Assembly (NCBI GenBank): GCA_951406725.2
Contig: OX597819.1
Coordinates: forward strand, 38,502,001 to 38,566,000
Length of the DNA: 64,000 nt
DNA from: Octopus vulgaris
Taxonomy: Eukaryota
Direction: 5' to 3'
Made by a program: the position numbers and the translations under genes. The notes beneath the pieces were generated by a model. It searched no databases, had not been told where the DNA came from, and saw only the letters and a list, made by a program, of their open reading frames with translations. Positions 51,270 through 62,570 of the stretch are shown piece by piece; position 1 is the stretch's first letter, and each line of letters begins with the position of its first letter.

Positions 51270-53400
51270 TGGGGGTTTTATCAGTTTCAGTCAGATTTTT
51301 TTAATTAATTTTTTTTTTAACTAAACAGTTAGAAACTTTGGATACTGGTTGAATGTGACATGCAGAACAGGGTTTACCCTTAGTGTTTTTGACAGAATTT
51401 TGTATTTTAGAAGTTATTTCATGTTAAAGTTGTCGTCTATTAGGTAATTTTAACCAATCACTGACGTGTATTCAGCTGAGGAAAGTTACTACCGTTTGCG
51501 AAAGTAATGGAAGAGCAACAACTTCCAGGTCATCGGGTCTGGACGCTGCATATATATGTACTTAAATACAGACACATGTATATGCATACACATATGTCCA
51601 TCACACACACATTCATATGTAAAGCTGATAAAACCCCCAATGGAAGCAAGGAAAAGGAGAGGGTTTAATAAATTAATATGCATTGGTAGGGGGTTGGTAA
51701 GTACATATAAGCTGTCGTTCAGATCGTCAACAGACCACTACCCCTCCATTCTCTCTCTATCTATCTCTCTCTCTCTGATTCATCACATTAAAAAAATCAG
51801 GTGCAATCATTGAACAAGTTAACTGAAAATGATTAAAACGTATATTTGTGTGCATGTGTGTGTGTGTGTGTGTGTGAGAAAATGTGAGAACCTGTATAGT
51901 TGCTGAACCTGCTGGAAATAACACCCAAATCTCTCTCAATGTCACACGCTAACATTATATAAACGATAGGACACATTGGATAAGATGGAAAAAAATATGC
52001 ACACACACGTATGTATTCCCTCTAAAAGAACTTTCTGTTTTTCTCACCAACTTTTCTTATCTTTTATACTTTTCTCCCACCTCTCTCTTTCAAGACCCGA
52101 TGACTTGGAAGTTGTTGCTTTTCCATTACTTTCACAAACAGCAGTAACCTTCTTCAGCAGAATACACATCATTGATTGGTTAAAATTACCCAAATGCAAC
52201 TTTAACACGGAATAACTTCTAAAATAAAAACTTTTGTCAAAAATGTTCTACCCGACACATTAAACCAGTATCCAAAATTTCAAACTGTTTAGTTAAAAAA
52301 AAAATTTTTTCAAATCTTTTCAATTCTGAAGCCAGGACCACAGATCTTTCTACTTAACTAAATATTCTGAAACTTCGTATGCTGATAGTCTAGCAAAACA
52401 AGACACAGGTTGGAACTAGTTTATTTGAGAAAAATCTATTTTATGACTTTAATCGTAGATTAAAACTGCAAATTTTAACCAATCAGATTTGTTTGTTTTC
52501 ATGTGTAAAACTTGACTGCATTCTATTAGTGTGACGTAGAAAGCGCTTTTGTGACGTACTAACGTTCGGAAAACTGTAAACAAACACAGAACGTAACGGC
52601 AGACGAAATACGGCTACGCATTTCACCTGGCGTGCTAACGTTTCTGCCAGCTCTTTGCTTTTTTAATATTAAATTTCTTGCCTTTTGCACAAATAAATAC
52701 AATAAGTGAAATGAAACGCATTAGCTTAGAAACGAAATCTTGTTAGAAGCCTCGTCACTGAGATGCCACTTCTTAATAGCAAACGAAAGCAAGTACTAAC
52801 AGAATGGAAACATTTTCAATTTAATACATGTGGCTTATTAACTAGTTTTAAATATTGTTATTAGAAGGTGGCTGACTATAGGATCCTGGAAACATGAGTA
52901 CGTTAAATAATTAGAAGGAGATTTCACGGAGACATGCGGCTTGTTTACATTTAAGATGTTTAATACGTCACCAAATTGGTGGTCGAGACGGAGTAAATAA
53001 AATAAAGCCGAATGACGGAATATCATTGGTTAAAATTCTAATTATTAAACAACGTTAAACTTAGAAGTTACAATTCCGTTTTCATTCTGGTTTACAATTA
53101 AGTTTACTTTTGACACATTCTACCAGTATACGAAGTTTCAAATTGTTTGGTTCAGTAGGAAAAATTTGAAAAAACTGGCTTCAGAATAGAAAAGATCCAA
53201 AAATTAATTAAAGAATCTGTGACTGAGATTGAATAGGTCCATTTTTTGTATAATTGTTTAAATTCTTCTATTTGATAAAAGTTTTAGAAAGATTTTTCTA
53301 CACTTTTTTCAGTCAGATTGTTTTGTAAACATACATTCTGAAAATAGATCTAAAAAAGACACAGAGCTAGTAGTGGGATACATGATACAAAACTTTGACC
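51270..53400. mobile_element. Nested foldback / long-inverted-repeat non-autonomous DNA elements
   Basis: About 51310-51540 is the diverged reverse complement of about 52095-52303. 52315-52335 pairs with 53176-53197, and 51281-51315 pairs with 53199-53232. Confidence 0.75.
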
Positions 53401-53404
53401 TTTG

Positions 53405-53885
53405 ACTGATTTTCTTTCTCTTTTCTTTTGCCTTGTTTTTTTTTTTTTTCTTTACCTTCACCTCCTACTGCTTTTCATGTAATTTTCTCTCTTCTGTTAC
53501 TTTATTTTATTCTTGTTTTTCTTCTCCCTCTGTTCAGCTTCATTCTACTTCTCTCTTCCTTCTACACTTTTATCTCCTGCCCATATTTTTTTCATTTTCT
53601 TTCTCAATTATAGTCCCTTCTCCATATGCAGCCAGTCTTTCCTCATATCCCTTTTTCTCTTTACACTGCCTCTCCCCACTATACTATCTTTCTCTCTTTT
53701 CCCTGTTACTATTCTACTTTTCATTTAACGTGTCCTTTACATCCCTTTGTATTCTTTTTTCATGCAATTGGTCATTACTCTTTCTTCTATTCCTCTCTCT
53801 ATCCTTCTTAACCTTTTTTTTTTTTTACTCTTCCTTCAGATCCTTACTTTCATCCCTCTCTCTGTATTTTCACATCTCTGTTTCC
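53405..53885. repeat. Pyrimidine-rich low-complexity tract
   Basis: T/C-dominated sequence producing spurious F/L/S-rich ORFs. Confidence 0.7.
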
Positions 53886-54165
53886 AATCGTCTCAATTAC
53901 ATTCAAATCATGCTAATAGAAACAGTTTTTTATTGCCCCCTTCCAACTATTCGTTAATGTTCTCAGTCAGCTCTTAAATTAAAGTTAAGTCTGCTTAACA
54001 GTTGATTTGTTTGTATAACCTTAAGATAACTTGTTACATTATACAAAAATACAATTCATTAACAAGAAAATTTATTATTAACAGATACAATCATAGCTCT
54101 GTGGTTAATAAGTTTACTTCACAACCACATGGTTCTAAGTTTAATCCCACTGTACAATAACTTGG

Positions 54166-54719
54166 GCAAATGTCTCATACTGTTGCAAATGTCTCATACT
54201 GTTGCGAGTGTCTCATACTGTTGCGAGTGTCTCATACTGTTGCAAGTGTCTCGTACTGTTGCGAGTGTTTCGTACTGTTGCGAGTGTCTCGTACTGTTGC
54301 AAGTGTCTCGTACTGTTGCGAGTGTTTCATACTGTTGCGAGTGTCCCATACTGTTGCAAGTGTCTCGTACTGTTGCAAGTGTCTCCTACCATTGCAAGTG
54401 CCCCCTACCGTTGCAAGTGTCTCCTACCGTTGCAAGTGTCCCCTACCGTTGCAAGTGTCTCATACTGTTGCAAGTGTCTCATACTGTTGCAAGTGTCTCA
54501 TACCGTTGCAAGTGTCTCATACCGTTGCAAGTGTCTCATACCGTTGCAAGTGTCTCATACCGTCGCAAGTGTCTCATACCGTCGCAAGTGTCTCATACCG
54601 TCGCAAGTGTCTCATACCGTCGCAAGTGTCTCATACCGTCGCAAGTGTCTCATACCGTCTCAAATGTCTCATACAGTTGCAAATGTCTCTTACTGTTGCA
54701 AATGTCTTACACTGTTGCA
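54166..54719 (+). repeat. 19-bp minisatellite (about 29 copies of gcaagtgtctcatac(t/c)gtt) expanded inside a SINE
   Basis: Direct tandem units. Preceded by SINE head gtggttaataag...caaccacatggttctaagtttaatcccactg...cttgg and followed by SINE-like ggaattttgtagatag. Confidence 0.93.
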
Positions 54720-55507
54720 TATGTTGGCTAATGTTTCATGAATGGAATGGAATTTTGTAGATAGACCCTGCAGTTCCCACTACCACTAATTTTGCATATT
54801 CTTTCTTCATGCTAGCATGGGTTGGATGAGTCATTTTGAGCTTCTTGATGCCAACCTTTGTTTTTCAAGTGATGCATTTTTGCATGTCAAGCTGCTGCTG
54901 GACATTTTGTATATAGGAGCCCCAAAAAAATCTTCACTACCAAAGTGTTGTCAGTGTGAAGACACATGCATGCAAATGCGCGCACACACACACACATATA
55001 TATACATACACACATACTTGCATGTATGTATGCATACATATGTGAAGGAATTCTGTATGTTTTCTGTCTGCCATATTTCATTCACAAGGTATTGGTCAAC
55101 TTGAAGCTATTGCTGAGAATGCTATTTGCTTAAAATTTTATGCAATGAGATTGAATCTGAAACCATGTGGTTACAAAGTAAAACTTCTTAACGATACAAC
55201 CTTAACTGTCTGTACCATACTTCTGCATGTGTGTGTGAGTGTATGCCTGCATGTGTGTATATGTATGTGCATGTAAAACAGTATGTCAGATTGTGTTCTT
55301 TTATATTAAAGGTAACTAAACCAGTTATTAATAAAATAAATTGCAGTCTGAAACATATACTGGAGTTGATTTGATCTTCTAAATCTCTTGAAGGCAGTAC
55401 CCCAGTGAGGCTACATTCTAGTTACTAAAGTCAGTAAAAGAATAAAATAACAGTTTGATTGTGTCTAGTTTATTAATGTTTACAAAATATTTTTGTTTAC
55501 TTTTCAG

Positions 55508-55581
55508 GGTCTAGATGCTCAAAAATACAAGAATACCCTTGATTGTGTGATCAAAGTTATGAAATACGAAGGTCCAAAAGC
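55508..55581 (+). CDS. SLC25A1: Citrate carrier internal exon (74 nt)
   Basis: ttttcag|ggt ... gc|gtaagt; GLDAQKYKNTLDCVIKVMKYEGPK(A); phase 0 in, phase 2 out. Confidence 0.96.
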
Positions 55582-57373
55582 GTAAGTTTAATCTTTATAT
55601 TTTAATTAGCAGAACTGTATTTATGGTGTCTAAGGAACTGTCTCAGAAAAATTATCAGCACCTCAGGCACTGCACCTGAAACATTTTGCCTCATGACTAG
55701 ATCAGATGGCAAGCTTTTCTACCTTGCTTGCCTTAGAACAAAAGAAAGACTGTAAGGTTCTTACTGGACATGCTGTTTGCTGATGGTCTTGCTCTCTTTC
55801 TTAGAATAATTGTAGAAAAATATATTAGATAGACTTGTCCACTTTTTTTATATTTACTGGAGGATGGGCTAATGTTTATAAAGCATAGAGAGTTGGATGC
55901 AGCTAGGCTGATAAGAAGAAGAGAGACAAGTGTGTTGGGAATACTTAAGTGAAGTCATATATATTTCATTATATTTCTACTCCTTGGAGCCCAAAGCTCC
56001 TCCTTGGAGCTGACACTACAGATGACCTACTGAATACTACAGAGCAACCTATATATAGATTTGCACTGGGGTCGATGTAATTGACTTAATCCCTTTGTCT
56101 GTCCTTGTTTGTCCCCTCTTTGTTTAGCCCCTTGTGGGCAATAAAGAAATATATATATATATAGATCCAGTATGTATTTGCTAGATGTAAGACATTTGTT
56201 TTGATTGAATTCTAATATGTAGGATCTTTATTTTATCTATACTCACTCATACTTTAAAGAAGACATATTGTCTTACAACATAGTCTGAAATATATTTGAT
56301 GTGATACATAACCTATAGGGTTATTGCAGTGTTTCACCCCTCTATAGTGTCTGGAAGATACTGTTGATGTTAAACTCGTCTACAAACAACTGGTTAATTT
56401 TCCAGTGTTGTCACTGCTTACAGCAGCAACTTGTGATTCCTACTTAGCAATAGTAATTTCAGCCATTGAGTACCATGGACACAATGCAGTGTTGGTGACA
56501 ATACTGTCAACCATTTGTCAGATGCTCCCACCATCTGTATATTCCAGGAACATAATCTATTTTAAAGTCCCTAAGTAGTTTAGAAGAGATCAAGTTTCTG
56601 TATAAAAACTACTTGTTTTTAGACGATTTCATAGAACTAGAACTTACCTTATGTGTGACATCATCAAAATTTTTTTTTTCTTTGTTTATTGCTAGTTTGT
56701 TATATACAGGCTGCTCAGCAAGATTTATGTTCAAGACTGTGTGTTGCCTAGTTATTGTTTTAATGCTGCAAAGGCTCAGGGTTTCCCTAAACCCAGAGTC
56801 ATAGGAGAACTTTGCTGATGAGAGGTCTAATATGCTACAAAATGTATATAATAAATATGCGATACATGATAAATAAATATTAACAAAAATGGATTTGTTT
56901 CTGTCAGTAGGAAGCAACATAGTCAGTTGATTAACATCCAGTGTATAATTGTGGGAATTGGAAAAATAAATGGAATTTCATTGAGATGCATTGACTCAAG
57001 GCTGGGTGGGAAGCATCAAATTTGTTACCTAGTTTTAAGGGGAGATAATTCGTTTTTTTTATAAACTTAAATGTACGTGCACACACACACACAAAACTTG
57101 AATGTTATTTGTAGTGAAAAGTTTTTCTGATGATTAATGTGAACTAGGGTCTCTCCAGTAATGGTTGAAGTCGATGAAATTTACTCTTCCATTTTAATCC
57201 CACGTCAGATGTAGCCAAGGCTACATACGCCTGTGTAGATACAATGTGGTTTCCATCCTGTGTGATATCTTGGGAAGTATCTTTCTTAGCCTCAGGACAA
57301 ACAATGCTTTGTGAAGGAAATGAGGTGGTATGTGTGTGTTCGTATATATGTGTGTGTGTGTGTGTAATTTATC

Positions 57374-57751
57374 ATTTAATAAACACAATACATGTTTTTA
57401 TGTGCTACTACTAGTTTCATGTGCTGAGGACATGCCAAACAATGTTTTATAACACGTCTGACATCTTGGCACAGTCATCGGGTGCAACCCACATGGTATA
57501 ATGAACAAAAAAGGGAATGAAGCTATGTCTGCTGACTCACTGAGAACATACCAAACAATGTTTTATAATACGTCTAAGATCTCAGTGAGTCATCAGACAC
57601 AGCCTCATTCGATTTTTTGTTCATTATACCATGTGGGCTGCACCCGATGACTGTGCCAAGATGTCTGATGTGTTATAAAACATTGTTTGGCATGTCCTCA
57701 GCACATGAAACTAGTAGTAGCACATAAAAACATGTATTGTGTTTATTAAAT
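57374..57751. repeat. Near-perfect 378-bp foldback (about 172-bp arms, 34-nt spacer), MITE-like
   Basis: 57374-57545 is the reverse complement of 57580-57751, with few mismatches in the outer 130 bp. Confidence 0.93.
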
Positions 57752-57816
57752 AATATTTATTTCTCACCAGATGGAGTAATTTTTTTGTTGATCTTACCAT
57801 CATGGAGCAGTACATT

Positions 57817-58170
57817 ATCATCATCATTATCGTTTAGCGTCCGCTTTCCATGCTAGCATGGGTTGGACGGTTTGACCGGGGATCTGGGAAGCCAGAAGGC
57901 TGCACCAGGCCCAGTCTGATCTGGCAATGTTTCTACGGCTGGATGTCCTTCCTAATGCCAACCACTCCGTGAGTGTAGTGGGTGCTTTTTACGTGCCAGA
58001 CGAGGCTGGCAAACGGCCACAATCGGATGGTGCTTTTTATGTGCCACTGGCACGGAGGCCTGGCGAGGCTGGCAACGGCCACGATCAGATGGTGCTTTTT
58101 ACTTGCCACCGGCACAGAGGCCAGTCGGGGCGGCGCTGGCAACAGCCACGTCTGGATGGTTCTCTTACAT
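57817..58170 (-). mobile_element. RTE-family 3' tail copy
   Basis: atcatcatcattatcgtttagcgtccgctttccatgctagcatgggttggacgg... is the reverse complement of the shared tail. Confidence 0.85.
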
Positions 58171-58832
58171 GCTCTTATATATATATATAATATCAAATGT
58201 CTGGAAGTAAATGTTTATTTCCACATGTTTTTGCATTTGACTGACAACAATGATGTCATGTCTTATATCTCTTGTAAGACTGTATGTACTGTAGTTTCAG
58301 TGCATGAAGGCAAGTAGAAAGAATGCTTTACTTAAAAACCAGTAAGGGTGGGCAGCATGGAGGTCAATGGTTGTAGAATGCTACTTTAATAAATCTCACC
58401 TAACCCATTCCAACTTAGAAAAAGTAGACATAACAATGATAATGATGATTTTTGAACATACTTGATTGCTTGATTTGTCGTGTCTGTACAACTGTTTTTG
58501 AGGCACAAGTATGTTACCAGGTTGAACTGGTTTCAAAGTTTCTGTTAATGTCACTCCTAAATATTTAGATATTGCCTTTGTGCTTACTTTTAGCAATCTC
58601 CAAGTTATTGATAATATCTTCTATAAAAACCAGCTGCAGATATATGGCCAATAAGTGTCTGATTCTGCTTAAACTGATTATTTCTTCTTGGTCGTCATTT
58701 TGTCAAAACATTCTTTCTATTTCACTGATCACTTGCCAGAGCTGCTCAGACAATCATGAATTGTTTATTATTGAAACCCTTTAGCATTCAGATTGCTCTG
58801 TCAAATGTAATACTTATTTATTCACATGTTAA

Positions 58833-59108
58833 CGATGCCAGTGCCGCCTTGACTGGCTTCTGTGCCAGTGGCACGTAAAAAGCACCAACCAATCATGGCC
58901 GCTGCCAGTCACCCCTGGCACCTGTGCCGGTGGCACGTAAAAAGTACCCACTACACTCACGAAGTGGTTGGCATTAGGAAGGGCATCCAGCTGTAGAAAC
59001 ACTGCCAGATCAGACTGGAGCCTGGTGCAGCCTCCTGGCTTCCCAGACCCTGGTCGAACCGTCCAACCCATGCTAGCATGGAAAACGGACGTTAAACGAT
59101 GATGATGA
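58833..59108 (+). mobile_element. RTE-family 3' tail copy
   Basis: gtggcacgtaaaaag...ggaagggcatccagctgtagaaac...catggaaaacggacgttaaacgatgatgatgat. Confidence 0.85.
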
Positions 59109-59137
59109 TTGTTTTTGATTAATCACATATTATCTTA

Positions 59138-59460
59138 TGTGAAGGCACGTGGCTCAGTGGTTAGAGCATTGGGCTCACAATCATGAGGTAGTGAGTTTGA
59201 TTCCTGGACTGGGCTGTATGTTGTGTTCTTGAGCAAGACACATTATTTTATGTTGCTCCAGTTCACTCGACTGTAGAAATGAGTTGCAACATCACTGGTG
59301 CCAAACTATATTGGCCTATGCCTTTCCCTAGAATAACATCAGTGGCATGGAGAGGGGTGGCTGGTGTGCATGGGCAACAGGTGGACTTATGCTGTGGAGA
59401 GTAACTTTCTAGGTGCAATCCCATGGTCATTCATGACCAAAGGGGGTCTTTACCCCCTTG
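59138..59460 (+). mobile_element. tRNA-derived SINE, third family
   Basis: A-box tggctcagtgg, B-box-like gagtttgattcc, followed by gttgtgttcttgagcaagacac. Confidence 0.75.
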
Positions 59461-60134
59461 TGTTATCTCATAGCTTCAAGTTTACAGTGATGTAATTATT
59501 TGTTTTTTTTGAATGACATTAAGTGAGAGGCTGGATCTGGCCAGTTTGAACATAAAACAGGTAGAATATTTGGGCCTGATATGATCAATTTAAATGCTAA
59601 AGGGTTTAAGCTACTGTGTATTTCTAATCACAGACGTTTTGAAATTTTATCTTTTTCCGGGACATCTCCAGTCAATCACTATCCTTATTATTTTTTAATG
59701 TTAACATTTCAACGGTGAAGTCAGTACTGACATATTTAAAGTTGTGTGCCAAAAATTTTAATTAAAATTATTGTGGTGAAGAGGGACAATTACTAGCTTA
59801 ATGAGTAATACTAGGAAAGACAAGAGAGGTAGCCTTGAAGTTGAAATTAATAATTAATTAGAATGCAGTGGTGAGTGAAACTGGTTTTTGACAGTCACTT
59901 CAGATTGGTATGCTATTAATGTCTACTAAGTTTCAACCATTTTAGATCAAATGTCCTTGGTTTATTTCTGCTGAATTTCTTTCCAGTGACATCAATGCAC
60001 AAAACCACCTTTCTTACCTTCCAAATATAGTTTGGTCATTTTATGATTTTTAAAAGTTGATAAAATTACTTGCGGAAGGATATATATATTTTTTAATGTA
60101 AATGTATCCCATTGTTTGCTTTCTTTTGTTGTAG

Positions 60135-60246
60135 ATTCTACAAAGGAACCATTCCACGTCTCAGTCGTGTCTGTCTTGACGTAGCCATTACTTTCATGAT
60201 TTACGACAGCTTCATGAATTTCTTCAACAAAATTTGGATAACGTAA
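60135..60246 (+). CDS. SLC25A1: Citrate carrier last coding exon with stop
   Basis: gttgtag|a; (A)[36 protein letters not shown]; conserved PRL.R arginines; TAA at 60244-60246. Confidence 0.97.
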
Positions 60247-62570
60247 CCCGGCCTGCAATTCACTAAAGACAACGACCACTGCTCATGTATCAACTACTGC
60301 TATATCCTCGGACTTGATCTCCCTTTCTGCATCCCATGTCTTCAACTTGAAAAATTCTTATGTTTTTTGAAGAGACAAACTGCTTGGTTGTATTATCTGC
60401 TGATTTCTGTTAAATTATCTGAACCTTTTTTTGTTAAATTTATATATACATATATATATTTGTAAGAACTTACTTCGAAAAATATGTTTTAAAGCAGCAT
60501 AATCCTTTAATTCAAAGGGTTTTGATGTTATTTTATGTTTTTAAGAATTATTGATTGGATTTAATTACCTGCATCATTTGATCATTGAAAAATCTTATAC
60601 ATTTCTTTAACATATATCCATACATAGACGACAATCTTTATGAGGTTGTCATGACTGCTAGAAATAGTTGAATCTCCCTCAAATAATGACTGCTGTCTTG
60701 GAAATGAAGGGACCCATTAGACAATGTAGTCTCCAGACAGTGGTCATGACTGGAATGGATTTGATCATTGGCCTGCTTTGCTATTTCAATTCATATTAAT
60801 GCTTTAAACATAAGTAATTTTGTTTAAAGTTTACATGCATTTATATATATATTGTAATAATAATAATTATTATAGATGTGATGCAAATGTACATTAGCAG
60901 ACACACAGATACACTGAAAAACAGAAGTAGAATCAGAAAGCCAGCTTGAAGGAACTGAGCATATATGTTCCTTTTGGTTTTGGAGCACATGCGAGCATAT
61001 AATCAAACATATATATGTGAACATGTACACACAACTGCACCTGCCTTTCCCTTTTTATTTTTTTTAATTATGGGGAATGTCTGTATTTTGTATATCTTCC
61101 ACTATTAAAATACTACCTACATACATTCCCCGAGAAACTATAGAATATTTCAAATAATTCCACTTTTGGTTCATTAAAAGAAAAGCATTTCTCTAAACAA
61201 TATTGTTTATCACAAGAGATTACCACTTATGTTAACTTTTTCATTATCTGATATGTACTTGCTGTTTATTTAAACTGCTGTCGTGATTCTGCTGGACAAA
61301 TGTTTTGTAAAAATCTAAATACATTTTATGGGAAATATTATTTTGACATGGTCCAACCCATGCCAGTATGGAAAAATGGATGTTAAACGATGATAATGAT
61401 GATTATTATTAGCTCTTCTATTTTGATTCCTGTTGAAATTAGTATTTCATTTTTGTTTTTCAAAATTTATCTAAAAAAACTTCATTAAATTTAAATAAGG
61501 CAATTTATAAAATCATTTATGGAAGTGGTTTTGTGAATAAGATGTTGGATTTGAGATAAGAAGTGGCTTTGATCTCATTCCATTTATTTTGCCATTTATT
61601 AAAAAAATAGACAAGGAAATTTCTCACAGCTATTGTCCTAAGTTGCTCACTCATATTTTTGTAGGACAAAACCCAAGAGTAATCCCTATCATGACATTAT
61701 AAATTTATTTTTGCTTTTTTTAATGGAAAAGACAAAAATGTGTCAAGAAAAAGAAGAAAAAACTGCGTGGTTGTCTCAATTTTCATTTTTTTTTTTTCTT
61801 ATTCTATCAATTTTGAGCCTTTATTTCATCGATTGAATACTATTTGATGTGCTTTTATTCAGTTTACTTTTGAGTAAAAGCCTGTATCGATTTAATAGGG
61901 AAAAAAAACTATAAAATTTGGTTTAAAAAAATTTTTTTTTCAATCTTGAAGATAGTATTTTCAGATTTATATTCTCCTATTCTATTTGGTAAAATTTATC
62001 ATTATATTAACCTGTTGTTAATCAATCATTTCTATTTTGTTTATTAATCAAAATACTGTTTCTAAATTTTTTTTTTTTTTGTCTTTGACTGGCCCAAAAA
62101 TTCTTGTAAAATTTTATTTGAATCATTCTTCTTTGAGTGAAGATTTTGATTGGAGTTTTAAAGGGAGAAAGGACATGAAAATAGAAATTAAAGCTATTTA
62201 TATATTGAGGTTTGTATTGTGAAGTGATTTTTATAGTGGGTAGCATGAAGAAACTTTAAAATGTTTGTGTGATGTAAGCAGACAACTGTATTGTACCAAA
62301 CATTATAGCTGACCAGCGATTTTTCTTCTGATACTTTCTCAGATATATAAAGACAGAAGAAAATGAAAACTGGTACAAATGTGGCAGTGGTTTCCACCAA
62401 ACTGCTATTTCCATAATACGTATTACCTATAGCATTTAAACTTTAGGTAATGTTGGCCAATGTTTTAATACATGTGATATACGATACACATTCCATAAAT
62501 GAAAGTTTTGTATTTTGAATGAGTTAAGACACTAAACTAACTTGAATAAATGTTATGTCTTTTAAATATT
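60247..62570 (+). other. Probable long AU-rich 3' UTR of SLC25A1
   Basis: Follows the stop codon and is repeat-poor; the end is inferred from a candidate poly(A) signal only. Confidence 0.45.
62545..62550 (+). terminator. Candidate polyadenylation signal AATAAA
   Basis: AATAAA followed about 22 nt later by GT-rich ctgttggttt; an alternative AATAAA lies at 62946-62951. Confidence 0.4.

Noticed and set aside
53428-53977. Hydrophobic 174-aa ORF suggesting a membrane protein
   Set aside because: Low-complexity pyrimidine tract with several overlapping open frames and no splice or homology support.
54129-54760. Cys-rich 179-200 aa ORFs resembling metallothionein or keratin-associated proteins
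   Set aside because: All three frames are open because of a stop-free 19-bp minisatellite inside a SINE.
59992-60279. 95-aa minus-strand ORF
   Set aside because: Antisense shadow of the last SLC25A1 exon.
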